64,000 bases of DNA from Eledone cirrhosa (GCA_964016885.1 OZ024743.1:363196001-363260000), one strand, 5' to 3'; positions 1 to 13,993 are shown, counted from the first letter of the stretch. A program made the numbers and translations. The notes: generated by a model not told the origin, from the letters alone.

Positions 1-225
1 CATATACCTATATACAGGGTGTATTAAAAAGGTTATGTTCCAAAAGGTTATATTTTTGAAACAAATGACTATAATCATGCAGATGTACAATACATGTCCA
101 AATATAAAGACTTATTCTTTGTTTTATAACTTTTATCAATTATTTTAAAGTTATTTACATAGTGATCATTTGTAAAAATTGTAAATAAAATCAGATGATT
201 CATTTTAATACACGCTGTATAAACA

Positions 226-288
<63 letters not shown>

Positions 289-1310
289 ATTTGTATATAT
301 ATGTATGTATATATATATATACGTGTGTGTGTGTGCGTGTGGATATATATTTGTATATATCAATCAATGTTTGTTGCTCAGCCAAATGTAACTGCCATAC
401 AATATCATGTACCAACACTTCATTTTCAACAAGTCTCTTCTCAATCTTTTTAATCGATCATATAAATTTGTTTATTGATGTAAATTAATAATTTAAATAA
501 TTAAAACATTATTCTTCATCGTTTTCTTTTTATTTTATATCCTTCTTTCTATTCATTCTATCTTCATGTAATTCTCTTAGACATAGCTGTGTGGTTAAGA
601 AGTTCATTTTACAACTACGATATTAGGTTCGATCCTACTCTGTTTGACAATAGCTTCTCAGAAAATGTTTAAGTTAGACATGACCTGGGCCAATACTAAC
701 CGAAACCTATCAAAGTTATATCTAAGACTAGAAACCAGAGAAAGGAAGAGGTATTGGAAAAATGTTTGTGCATTTTGCTAAAATTTAACTTTCGGGCCCT
801 GTGCGCCAAAGTTTAAAAACAACAAAAACATTCAGATCTTCTTATTGTCTTTTAAAACGAAATATGTGTTCTTTAACACTCCTTGTTTACAATTAATAAA
901 GAATTGTTTGAATGATAATCAAATAATAGATCTCATGCTGATCTAAATGTTTTAAATCGAACTTCAGTGAGAAAATACATCGCTGCCAAGCTATTTTACC
1001 TATCCCATTATGAAGCTGAGAGTTGCCTCCCTTATAAACGCATCATACATGCTTACATTCATGCATACACGTATACATACATTCATACATACATACATAC
1101 ATACATACATACATACATACATACATACATACATTCCCACGCAGACATACACTCGCGCACACACACACACACACGCACGCACACATGTATTCTTATGTAT
1201 CTCAGTGTAGAATATTTATAAATTATAGATTTAGCATTTATCTAGAATCCTAGCTCATAATAATCAATTTCTTATATTAGGAAACAACTGTATATTTAAA
1301 TTGATTGAGT

Positions 1311-2010
1311 TTAAATTAATTCCGATTTAGCACTATTTATCCGAACACAAATACTCGGGCATTCGTATAGAGACATCAGCGTAGCAAGAAGCTGACCATC
1401 GATCCCATACTCCTGCAGAACCTTCCACAGCAGGTTCCGAGGGACATGGTCATACGCCTTTTCGAGGTCGACAAAGCAACAATACACCTCTAACGATTCC
1501 TCGAAGACCGGCTGTGTTGTGAATATTTGGTCGGCTGTGCTGCGTCCGATGCGAAAACAGCACTGTTCATCTGTTAGTTTGGACTCGACAATCTCCCTGC
1601 ATCGCTCTGCCAGACATTTAGCATAGACTTTACTGGGGAGGCTTAACAAGGAGATCCCTCTGTAATTAGAACAATTTCTCTTATCTCCCTTTTTTGAAAA
1701 TTGGGATTATCACTCCCGATTGTCATTGCTTTCCAGAGATCCAAGCCACCCGGCACACATGAGTCAGCCAGAGAATACCTTCTCTATTTAAGTCTTTTAA
1801 CATCTTGGGTCGAATTTGATCTTCCCCAGCGGCCTTGCCACATATGTGATCTTTAACTGCTTTTGTGACCTTAGTCTCTGAGAGATTAGTCATGGCTCCC
1901 AAATGCACCTCGTGTGCATCCGAAAATGCTGTTTTGATCGGGTTTAGGAGATCAACAAAGTATTCTCCATCTCGCCAGGATGGACCTCTCTGGAGAGAGG
2001 AGAACCCCAT
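1311..2010 (-). mobile_element. RTE-type LINE RT fragment
   Basis: GKAAGEDQIRP, LSLPSKVYAK, EQCCFRIGRSTADQIF, CFVDLEKAYDHVPR. Confidence 0.85.
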
Positions 2011-2810
2011 ACACGTTCTTGATAGCAGGTGTGGAGGAGGGATTCTTGGTGTAGTAATGCGTCAGTTTCAGAATTCAGTAATCAGAAGAAGGGATGCATT
2101 TTCTTTCGAAGTTCAAGGTAGGTATTTTCTATATTTCTCTTGCTTGTACAAAGTGTGTCTTCATGCATAAATAAATATAAAAAAAAATAAATAAAAAACA
2201 TTACACAGGGAGACAACTCAGTAGATATTACTTTGTTGATTGCCAGTTAGACATTGCATTCCTGTGACGACTACTTATATTCCATCTGTGTCATCAAGGC
2301 CAAACACAGAGAAAAGTACCCACTATATGCCCTGTTTTATTTATTTAATCAATTTAAGCGTCTGTGTAAAGCTGGTAATATATGACAGGCTGAGAAAAGT
2401 ATCTCATATCACTTATATATAAGAAGAAACGAAAACGAGAGAGAAAAAACTAAACTAAAAAGAAGAGAAAATGAAATGGCTCACATGCCCTCCTCTTCGT
2501 GCATAGGTCGCAATATAAAGAACTGGTGTCAAGCAAAAGTTACTGCCCCTCCAATCCCTCAGAGTCGATTTCGTTATGAGATACCCGACGAATACAAGTT
2601 CCTTGATAGTGGCGAACTTTAAAAAGCATGTTTGTCTATTTTGCCGGGACCTGCTACGTAGCCTATTCAAACTCTTTAAATAAACAACCGAATGGATGAC
2701 TGAAATGATACTTTCAGTTAACTGAATTACTCTGTTAATAAAAAAAACGAATAATGATGAATTTTAACGTTTTATTTTTTTCTAACATTAGGAGTAAATG
2801 GGAGTAAATA

Positions 2811-3188
2811 ATTGTTTCTACTTTTGGCACAAGGCCAGCAATAATCCCAGTGTATTACTGGTATTTTATTTTATCGACCCCGTAAGGATGAAAGGCAAAG
2901 TTAACCTCGGCGGGATTTGAACTCAGAATGGCAAAGGCCGTAACTCTTTGCTGCAAAGCATGGCGTCAGACCCTCTACCGATACTGCCATCCACCGGGAG
3001 TAAATATTTGTTTCTACTTTTGGCACAAGGCCAGCAATTACCCAGTGTATTACTGGGACTTTATTTTATTGACCCTGTAAGGATGAAAGGCAAAGTCAAC
3101 CTCGGCGGGATTTGAACTCAGATCGTAAAGGGACGTAACTATGCTGGAAAGAACTGGCGTCCGACCCTCTACTGATACTGCCAATCCG
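2811..3188 (-). mobile_element. Two tandem tRNA-derived SINEs (MetaSINE/Sauria-like central domain)
   Basis: A box TGGCAGTATCGG, B box GAGTTCAAATCC, body GCCTTTCATCCTTACGGGGTCGATAAAATAAAGTACCAG, tail GGCCTTGTGCCAAAAGTAGAAACAATT. Further copies at 4279-4440 and 13386-13577. Confidence 0.85.
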
Positions 3189-5084
3189 TAAATAATGATA
3201 ATAATAATATGATGATGAATTTCAACGTTTTGGGAGTTTTTTTTCTAATAGCGGGAGTGAAATTGACCGGCAGTCAAATTACCGGAATCAAATTACCGGA
3301 GTCAAAATACCGGAGTCAAATTACTGGCTACCAAAATTGATATACCTGATAAATTGCTAAATGTCATCATTTCCTTTCATGTAGGAACGAAAGCATCAGT
3401 TTTATCAGATAGTCGACTTTAAGATTCTTTCAAAATTTTGAACGCACAAAACAAGGTTGTGTCATGGTTCCAGTTCCTTTTGCACTTTTCTTTCTAGTCA
3501 TGTTACACTATGCTTATGACGACTTCGATTCAGGTGTTCAATAAATTCCAATGACTTATTAATCAGAGCATCTTCAATTACCAGCACTCATAAGCCAAAG
3601 CATTTGTCCGAATGGCAATGATGGATGATCCCTTGTTTATTTATGATGCTACACTTGTTGCAACACCTGTCAAAGAAGCATCATGGTGTGTTAATCTTAT
3701 CTGTAATGTAAATAAAGCTTTCGGTCTCACCATTAACATGAAAAAGACTGAAGGTGTCCATCAGCCAAGGCCCACATTCAAGCAAATCAGAGGTTACAAC
3801 TAGTTCAACAGTTCCTAGCTATTCCCATCCTCATCGATGCCCAAAACCTCAAATATGTAATGGCACTCACATATATGAGAAGCAGAGTAACCCCAGGTGC
3901 TTCTCTAATGATGAAGTTATCAACCGTATGGTAAAGATGACAAATGCTTTCGGGAAATTTTTTCATCGACTGAAACCAGTTTTCAGAAACGATGTCTCCT
4001 TTTTGGATACAGCTCATTTGACAAAATTTCGAACATTGACTTGTTCTCTAAATGTAAAATCGGTGGCATTGAATCCTTTATTTTTCAATCCCAATGAGTA
4101 ACAATAGAATTCCAAATGTCCTCATGTATAGTCAGTTCCACGAAGGAAGGAGAAATGTTGGAAGATTATGGCTGAAGTATAAGGACAAGTTAACCTGAAA
4201 GTTAACAAAGATTCAGAAATATTTGAAAAAAACTGGTTTTATAATAAAGGAAATCAAGGATTTACCGCCCTTATAATTGGCCAGCAATTACCCAGAGCAT
4301 TACTGGTACTTTATTTTATCGACCCCGTAGGGATGAAAGACAAAGTCAACCTCGGCGGGATTTGAACTCAGATCGTAAAGGGACGTAACTATGCTTGAAA
4401 GCATGGCGTCTGACCCTCTACCGATACTGCCAAACCTCCCTTATAATGAAAGGTAATCTTCGAAAGTTACCTCCTTTTATCTCATTTATCTCTAAAATTA
4501 TTTAATATGCCTACACACACACATGTGCATACACACACATGCACACTCACACGTGCATACACACGTGCACACACGTGCACGCACACACACACACACAAAC
4601 ACACATATATATATACATTGATTATAACGAGCCAGACAATTAGATTTCGCCTAGGATCGCCGGTGGATAAACGGATTTGTATAAGAACACAAAGAATGCT
4701 TCCGAAATGTACAGCTTCATCGCTACATCCTATGCACAATTGATGCATTAGCAAAACATCACGCACAGAAGTCACGATTTATTTCCGAAAAAAAAAATTC
4801 ACGAATGTCTGCGTTGTCAGGACAGACGGGGCGAATTTCCAACAGAGTTCAGTCCTAAATTCTAGCGAAGGAATGCGTCCGGGATACCAGCAGAGAACAA
4901 ACTTAACTCCACTAATGCGTTGGTTGTAGTTTTACACGTGAATGCTACAGAGGAAGACAGTCAAATTCCATCATTAGAACAAAGCACGCTATGGGCGGTT
5001 AAATTCAAAGAGTCGAAAAGAGGGCCGTATTTTTCAACCAATATATATATATTGGTTGAGAAATACGGCGCACTTTTCTACTCT

Positions 5085-5137
<53 letters not shown>

Positions 5138-5299
5138 CATACATACATTTTCCAAACTTCATAAAATTTATTTATTTGAATTCCTCAGAAGATATGCAGT
5201 ATGAAATAATCGATTATCTAAACTCTAGATTTCACAGGCCTATGCTTGAATATATTACACAATGTATCGAAACAGGTGTCAGAGTCACTAATAATAAAT

Positions 5300-5930
5300 G
5301 AAATACTGAATATCAACATATCTCAGTGATTTTTCTATAGCCTTGACATTATTGTGTAAAGGTCTTCATGGATGTCAATGTGATGGTTTGGTTTGTGTAC
5401 CTGCTCATTTGTGATATGGTCTGCATATGAGATGCTTAAGATGTTATGGTAACATCTAATTTCTAATGTCTGTATTTTTCTCTGTATCTCAGCAGTGAGG
5501 GTCCATGTCTCGCATACGTACAGGAATACGGAGAGCATCACTTCAAGCACGAGTTTGGTCTTGTTCTTTATGGTGATGCTCTTATCTTTCCATATTGGTT
5601 TGAACTCTATTAGTGCAGCCATTGCCTGTTTGGTTCTTCTAAGGATTTCTAGTCTTGATCTTTTATCATTAATGATCACCCCAGGTATTTAAACTACTGC
5701 ACTGTCTATAGTTTTTTCTCTTTATAAAGATACGTGTATGTCTGTAGTGATGAGACCATGGCGTTTGTCATGAGTATTTTTGTTTTTGGCACTTGTTTCC
5801 CTTCTAAATTTGATTGAGGCTTTATCAAGGTAGTTAATCAGGGCGCCCAATGCATCCGCTTTTTCTGCCAGGCCATCAATATCGCATGCAAATCTTAGGT
5901 TTGTGATGACCCTCCTATAATATCAAACTG
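5300..5930 (-). mobile_element. RTE-type LINE C-terminal fragment
   Basis: NLRFACDID, YLG, SVFLYVCETWTL, LEIRCYHNILSISY. Another RTE remnant lies at about 3400-3970 (+). Confidence 0.75.
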
Positions 5931-5944
5931 TGTGAATTTGTTCC

Positions 5945-6970
5945 TGATCTTAAAGTGAACCAGGATATGACAAATGTATTATTCCACAGTGAGAGATTGG
6001 TATTTTTAATAATACAAATGTTGATGTCTCTTAATTTGTTTTTTGCTAGCAAGTCCTAACTCTGTCTTTACGGGATTTATTAATCTGCAGCTAGGCCTGT
6101 TTGTGAAAATCAGGATTGTGATCCTTCAAAGTAATGAAGGCATCGTGTTCCGCTAAGCGTTCTACTTTATTATCTGTTTTAAATTTGTGGCAATAACCTT
6201 GGCCTCATCATTAATTTTATTATTATTATTATAGGTGTTAGGCTTTGCTTGCTGGTATTTATGTGTTATGCTATAAAGTATTAGATTGTTATATTTTTTT
6301 CCTTTTCCAATTCATACAAATCTTTTGTTTTGTCTGAAAATACAAAAACATTCTTAGTAGATTCGAATATTTTAATGTCATTTACAAGTGTATGCTGGAA
6401 GGGTTTATGGTACTTACGAAACTTGATGGTTGGGAATATATCTAATAGGTCAGCTTCGGACGGGGCCAAGTCCTTAACTCTGGAGGGGGGGGGGGGGCAT
6501 TTAACGATATTCGTGTTAAATTTCTCGAAACCTACATAACACAGTACGCCTTCTATACTACTCTACCCCATACCTTAATAAATATTACCATCCCTATATT
6601 ACATACCACCACATAATACCATACAGCTGCTATGGTCCACAAATAATAACACCATTTCGCTATTTCAAATCTTGGAGTTATTTCCCTTTGTTATAACACG
6701 TGTTTCGTAAAGAGCGTTTGGTACGCCTTAATTTTAACAGTATCTTATAAGTTCATATAAGCGCCTGAGGATTGGGTCACAATTTTGATTCCTCTTACAT
6801 TCTGGAGATATGATCAATATTGGGCCTTGAAACCTTAGGTAGCGTTTTTGTTCCGAGTATGAACATTAATAAATAATATAATATTTGAGGTCTCTTCCTG
6901 GTTGAGCACTGTCTTCCTTTTTCCTTTTTCATACCTACGGATAATATTATATACATATAGCTATATAAAT
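5945..6970 (-). mobile_element. Penelope-like element N-terminal fragment with pLTR-like sequence
   Basis: DLAPSEADLLDIFPTIKFRK...VFVFSDKTKDLYEL and FITLKDH match the PLE at 61856 onward; hammerhead motifs at 6692-6847; (TA)n flank. Confidence 0.75.
6759..6847 (+). ncRNA. Type I hammerhead ribozyme with long stem II
   Basis: AAGCGC | CTGAGGA | TTGGGTCACAATTTTGATT...GATCAATATTGGGCCTT | GAA ACC TTA GGT A | GCGTTT. GUA site at 6839-6841. Confidence 0.75.
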
Positions 6971-6983
6971 ATAAATGAGTGTG

Positions 6984-7052
<69 letters not shown>

Positions 7053-7056
<4 letters not shown>

Positions 7057-7246
7057 AACAAGTATGACCCCGACGGCAGAGCTCAAGCCGTTTCAACGGC
7101 TAATTCTGGACTGAGTCCAGAATTAGCCATCGAAACGGCTTGAGCTCTGGGTCATAGTTTTTCCTATTACCCACTCTACTACCCTAAGTATTGAGTACTT
7201 TAGTGCATTATGGTCCATCTGGTTCCTTACCGCATTTCCTTCGTTA
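7053..7246 (+). mobile_element. ~200-bp (TA)n-flanked palindromic element, copy A
   Basis: Terminal palindrome of ~115 nt plus an ~80-nt tail (attacccactctact...ttccttcgtta) shared with 18313-18507 and 42755-42958. Confidence 0.85.
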
Positions 7247-7274
7247 TATATATATATAACTGAATTATATATAT

Positions 7275-7891
7275 ATATAACTGAATATATATATATAACT
7301 GAATTCTGAATTTGTTTAGCAAGATTCTTTATCTGAATACGTGTGTTGAAACCGATATTGTTATACTTTGGGATGGTCATGTTGTCAATAAGAAACACAC
7401 GCACCAGTTGCTTTCACTCCAATTTATTATATTATAACTTAAATTATAAATTTTAAAAAAAATTATAAATTTCCGGTTGGTTGGTTGCTTTCACTCCAAT
7501 TTATTATAACTTAAATTATAAATTTAAAAAAAAATTATAAATTTCCGGTTGGTTGGTTGGTTCCACAACCGGATTCTTTTCTTTGTTTTGTGCATCTCCT
7601 TTGTTCTGTTCCACGCCATCTTGTGACAACACACACAAAAACAAGATGGCGTAGGACAGAACAAAGGAGAGGTACAAAACAAAGAAAATAATCCCCGGTC
7701 ACTGATGAGGTCACAGAATGTGCGACAAAAGAACTTTGACAATATATGAACAACCGTTCGGTTGTGGAACCAACCAACCAACCAACCGGAAATTTATAAA
7801 TTTTGTTTAATTTATAATTTAATTTATAATAAATTGGAGTGAAGCAACTGGTGCTGTGTTTCTTATTGGCAACATGACCCTCCCAAAGTAT

Positions 7892-7899
<8 letters not shown>
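7275..7899. mobile_element. Fold-back element in (TA)n with a decayed hammerhead (7698-7740) in one arm only
   Basis: 7355-7624 is inversely complementary to 7641-7899, apart from an internal duplication on the left and a ~65-nt insert on the right: GTCA CTGATGA GGTCACAGAATGTGCGAC AAAA GAACTT TGAC. Confidence 0.75.
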
Positions 7900-7982
<83 letters not shown>

Positions 7983-8529
7983 AGAGAGGGGGAGAGATAG
8001 ATAAACATAAAGAATGTAAGGATGGTGGAAGAATATCTTGACAGGACAAAAATGAATACCTTTGATACAAGGTATCCATCAATCATCCATCAAATCTAGG
8101 AATGGATCAGACCCCATGAAGGCTTTTGGGTCCAGGGTTGCTTACTCTCTTGGTAACCCATGTTTCCTGTTGTCTCCCTTAGACGTACTTGGTTTGCCTT
8201 TCCTCTGATCTAAGGAGATCTGGGTAATAGGCGCCTCTTCATAAGTGTGAGAACCGCATAGTGTAGCTTGGTTAGAGCTATCTTCATTTTATTTTCACTG
8301 AAAATCATTACTCTTGTATAAGTGCTGCGCTAGCATTGTGTCATTCCGCTTGCTATAAGTTTTAGGTTTTTTGTTCTGTTCTGTTATTTGTACGTATATC
8401 ATGCTCACTACGTGCACATCCATATACCTATAAACACGCATAAACATTTATTTAGCACTAGTTACTAAATTACTTAACGAGCATTGGAAATTGGGCCTAC
8501 ATTTCACATCTGATCTGTGTCTATAGCTA

Positions 8530-10455
8530 GTATGGCGAGAAGGCTATATTTTATATCTGGCCTGGGCTTATTACCAACATGGTGAGAAGGTTATATTTTA
8601 TATCTGACCTGGGCTTAATACCAGCATGGTGAGAAGGTTATATTTTATATCTGACCTGGGCTTAATACCAGCATGGTGAGAAGGTTATATTTTATATCTG
8701 ACCTGGGCTTAATACCAGCATGGTGAGAAGGTTATATTTTATATCTGACCTGGGCTTAATACCAGCATGGTGAGAAGGTTATATTTTATATCTAACCTTG
8801 GCTTAATACCAGCATGGCGAGAAGGTTATATTTTATATCTGACCTGGGCTTAATACCAGCATGGTGAGAAGGTTATATTTTATATCTGACCTGGGCTTAA
8901 TACCAGCATGGTGAGAAGGTTATATTTTATATCTAACCTTGGCTTAATACCAGCATGGCGAGAAGGCTATATATTATATCTGACCTGGGCTTAATACCAG
9001 CATGGTGAGAAGGTTATATTTTATATCTGACCTGGGCTTAATACCAGCATGGTGAGAAGGTTATATTTTATATCTGACCTGGGCTTAATACCAGCATGGT
9101 GAGAAGGTTATATTTTATATCTGACCTGGGCTTAATACCAGCATGGTGAGAAGGTTATATTTTATATCTGACCTGGGCTTAATACCAGCATGGCGAGAAG
9201 GTTATATTTTATATCTGACCTGGACTTAATACCAGCATGGCGAGAAGGTTATATTTTATATCTGACCTGGGCTTAATACCAGCATGGTGAGAAGGTTATA
9301 TTTTATATCTGACCTGGGCTTAATACCAGCATGGTGAGAAGGTTATATTTTATATCTGACCTGGGCTTAATACCAGCATGGCGAGAAGGTTATATTTTAT
9401 ATCTGACCTGGGCTTAATACCAGCATGGTGAGAAGGTTATATTTTATATCTGACCTGGGCTTAATACCAGCATGGTGAGAAGGTTATATTTTATATCTGA
9501 CCTGGGCTTAATACCAGCATGGTGAGAAGGTTATATTTTATATCTGACCTGGGCTTAATACCAGCATGGTGAGAAGGTTATATTTTATATCTGACCTGGG
9601 CTTAATACCAGCATGGCGAGAAGGTTATATTTTATATCTGACCTGGGCTTAATACCAGCATGGTGAGAAGGTTATATTTTATATCTGACCTGGGCTTAAT
9701 ACCAGCATGGTGAGAAGGTTATATTTTATATCTGACCTGGGCTTAATACCAGCATGGCGAGAAGGTTATATTTTATATCTGACCTGGGCTTAATACCAGC
9801 ATGGTGAGAAGGTTATATTTTATATCTGACCTGGGCTTAATACCAGCATGGTGAGAAGGTTATATTTTATATCTGACCTGGGCTTAATACCAGCATGGCG
9901 AGAAGGTTATATTTTATATCTGACCTGGGCTTAATACCAGCATGGTGAGAAGGTTATATTTTATATCTGACCTGGGCTTAATACCAGCATGGTGAGAAGG
10001 TTATATTTTATATCTGACCTGGGCTTAATACCAGCATGGTGAGAAGGTTATATTTTATATCTGACCTGGGCTTAATACCAGCATGGTGAGAAGGTTATAT
10101 TTTATATCTGCCCTCGGCTTGATACCAACATGGTGGAAGATTATTTAAAATCTAACCTGGGCTTATTACCGCATGGTGAGAAGACTATATTTTATATCTG
10201 ACCTGGGCTTAATACCAGCATGGTGAGAAGGTTATATTTTATATCTAACATCGGCTTGATACCAACATGGTGGAATATTATTTAAAATCTAACCTGGGCT
10301 TACTACCCGCATGGTGAGAAGGCTATATTTTATTTTTGGCCTGGGCTTATTACCAACATGGGGAGAAGGCTATATTTTATATTTTATATCTGGCCTGGGC
10401 TTAATACCAGCATGGTGAGAAGGCCATATTTTATATCAAGCCTGAGCCTATTACC
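8530..10455. repeat. 47-bp minisatellite, about 41 units
   Basis: Unit CATGGTGAGAAGGTTATATTTTATATCTGACCTGGGCTTAATACCAG; homogeneous centre, diverged edges, no unique spacers. Confidence 0.97.
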
Positions 10456-10599
10456 ATTTTTGCAAGGGCCTTCCATTTTTAACCATCTCATCTTTCTTTC
10501 GTGAGACTATATATGACCATATTATCCAAAGCATCATATTTTATGATAATAGGTCTGTGATATAAGGGAGGTTTAGCTATACTCTATACCATAATCAGT

Positions 10600-11540
10600 G
10601 ACTATGTGGAGGTAACATGGACGACATCAAATGCAGGTCTTTTTTCAAGCGGATCGAGTCTGGCTTGGACCAACACCAACTCGCAAGCCTCCGCTCCACT
10701 TCACAGCCAAACAGCGGTGCGTGGTTCAATTCGGTGCCCCCCTCATCAACCGATATCCTTCTTGATGGCGATTGTACTCAAATCGGAGTGGCCCAACGCC
10801 TCGGCCTCCGCATATGTGAGCCACATAAATGCCATTGTGGAACGGTTGTTGACAAGTTCGGCCTGCACTCACTGTCTTGTCGCCAGAGAGCAGGCCGGTT
10901 CCTCCGACATACCGCTCTCAACGACATATTTAGAAAGAGCCTGGTCGCAGCTGGCTTCCCATCACAACTAGACCCAGTGGGCCTTGATCGCGAAGACGGC
11001 AAGCGCTCCGATGGAATCACCCTCTTCCCATTCGAAGGAGGTAGATCCCTCACCTGGGATGCCACACGTTATGACACATTCTCCAACTTAGTCGCTTTGG
11101 CCACAAATCCCGGTACTGCAGCCCGCCATGCAGTGGAAAGGAATATAAAAATGTACCGGGGATTGTCCGGCCGCTTATTCTTCGCACCGGTCGCCGAGGA
11201 GACCTCAGGCGTACTTGGACCCCGTACTACCGAGCTTCTCCGCAAGATAGGAACGTCTGAGGAAGGAGCCCCGCGAGTTGGGGTGGCTGTTGCAGCGGTT
11301 TGTCGTTGGCGCAGTGGTTTGTCGTCCGCGGGGCGCAGCCCCATTACCGCCGCGCCCTAAGCCCAGAGGCCAATCCCCCTCCCAATTCTTCTCTGATACT
11401 AGCCCTTGCCTTTCCCTTCCTTTTCTGTTTGTTTTTCATATTTTTTATTTCACATTCCATTCTTTCTTCTCAATCTAAATCTTTTTATTTTTATTTTTCT
11501 ATTAAATTGTATTTACATGATATATTTTGTAATTCGGAAG
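10600..11540 (+). mobile_element. CRE-clade non-LTR retrotransposon 3' fragment
   Basis: SGAWFNSVP, CHC...HSLSC...RHTALND, DGKRSDGI, LTWDAT, FAPVAEETSG: CCHC plus restriction-like endonuclease. Confidence 0.8.
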
Positions 11541-11710
11541 TATTTTATGTGATGATGACGAATGGGCAATTTCACCAAGTGAAATAGCTAGGCGTGTGTG
11601 TGAATATATCTACGAATCCATGTATATGTATCAATGCACACAAACACATGTCTATATAAACTGTAATCTGCTGCATTGCTTTTCTCCCTAATAATTTCCT
11701 TTCCTCTTTG

Positions 11711-11741
<31 letters not shown>

Positions 11742-12719
11742 CTTCTTCTTCTCCCCTCCTCCTCCTCCTTCTCCTCTTCCTCCTCCACATATTGTTCGTC
11801 TGTCATACATAGACGATTTAGAGGGATGAAGGATAATCATTTAAAAAACAGTAATAGGAAAAAAGCAGAATCAAGAATGAAAAAAATAAAAAAATAAAAA
11901 AATGGTTCCAGAATGAGGTAAGACGCGCGCGCGCTCAACTCGTTCGCACGCGCACACACACTAACACATACACACACACATACACACACACACACACATA
12001 CACACATACACACACACACACACACACACATACACATACATACATACAAAAAAGAAGACGAAAAAGAAGAAGAAGAAGAAGAAGAAGAAGAAGAAGAAGA
12101 AGAAGAAGAAGAAGAAGCAGCAGCAGCAGAAGAAGAAGAAGAAGAAGAAGAAAAAGGACAAGAAGAAGAAGAAGAAGAAGAAGAAGAAGAAGAAGAAGAA
12201 GAAGAAGAAGAAGAAGAACAACAACAACAACAAGAAAACAGTTAGTAAAGTGAACAAAGCGAGTTCGATAGCCAAGCTGTCCCATTCAGCTTGGTAGAGG
12301 GGTTGGGGTGAACCATGGGGAGCAGGAAGTGACGTTAAGTGTCGGGGCCAAAACATGAATACGTTCCCCCACAATAACATACTCAACCACAGATGAGAAT
12401 ACAGCCAAACACACTTGAAACACAACATAGTCTTTTGTGCAATCGTCGTTTGGGCATATGTGTGTAAGTGTATGTGTGTGTGTGTATGTGTGTGTGTGCG
12501 TGTGTGTGTGTGAGTGTGCGTGTGTGTCTGGTTAAGTGTGTATATACACGCATATGCGTACACATTTATGTATGTGTGTGTGTGTGTGTGTGTGTACGTA
12601 TGTATGTGTGCATGTATGTAGGTATGTGTGTATGTAGGTATGTATGTATGTTTGTATGTATGTATATATGTATGCGTGTATGTATGTAAGTATGTAAGTA
12701 TGTAAGTATGTATATATGG

Positions 12720-12757
<38 letters not shown>

Positions 12758-12824
12758 GCACAGCAATGCACAACATATGCACATGTTTGTGTTTGCTAAT
12801 ATTTCTCTATGTGTGTGTATATAA

Positions 12825-12860
<36 letters not shown>

Positions 12861-12914
12861 ATGTAAATATCTATCTTTTTATCTCTCTATACACATTTGT
12901 ATATACATAACTAA

Positions 12915-12978
<64 letters not shown>

Positions 12979-13605
12979 GTGTGCGTGCGTGATCGGGAAA
13001 GACACTGATCGCCATTTTTAATTATTATAAGATGATGGGACAAGCTCACAAGTAGGACTAGTATATAACGGAAAGGAAGGATGGGCGCCTGTGTCAAAGT
13101 GTGCCACTATCTCTACCTGTGTGTGCGTGTGTACGCGTGTGTGTGCGTGTGTACGCGTGTGTTGCGTATGCAGAATGCGTGAAACAACAGTAATTGTGAA
13201 CATAACCACAAAAAAGCATATTATCAATGATTGAGCAGACTGATTTAGAGGAGGTGACGTTGTGATGTATGGGTGTGATGGCGACCGTGACAATAGAAGT
13301 GATGAAGATGGGTATGGAGTGAATAATGATGATGATGATGATGATGATGATGATAAGGGAGAGGAAGAGAAGAAGGAAGATAAATAATTGTTTCTACTTT
13401 TGGCACAAGGCCAGGAATTATCCCAGTGTATTACTGGTACTTTATTTTATCGACCCCGTAAGAATGAAAGGCAAAGTTAACCTCAGCGGGATTTGAACTC
13501 AGATCGTAAAGGACCGTAACTCTATGATGTAAAGCATGCCGCCTGACCCTCTACCGAAACTGCCAATCCACCGCCCTTAATAACAACAACAACAACAACA
13601 ACAAC

Positions 13606-13649
<44 letters not shown>

Positions 13650-13650
<1 letters not shown>

Positions 13651-13993
13651 TGATTACTTATCGCAAATCCCAGGAAACCCGCGTATAGGAGAAATACAAA
13701 AGATAGTACTAATGGAATCTGCCCATATACTAAGGAAGATTCTGTCAATATAAGTGCATCACAAGTCTAAACACTAAAGATGCATGTGTGAGTATGTATG
13801 TTCTTTCTTGAACATGGCGGACCTTGTTGTCTCTTGAGGTCACTGGTTGTGACTTGGTGATAACTCGTATGAACATAAAGCAAGATAAATGTAACTGTAA
13901 TAATAATAATAATAATAGTAATTATAATAATAATAATAATAATAATAACAAACTTTCCAGTTAACTAACATCAATGACTGAGACTCAAAGAAC

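Noticed and set aside
12-190. Tc1/mariner-like terminus TA-CAGGGTG
   Set aside because: No convincing matching TIR or transposase in the window.
8530-10455. CRISPR-like array
   Set aside because: Head-to-tail repeats with no unique spacers and no cas genes, in a eukaryotic context.
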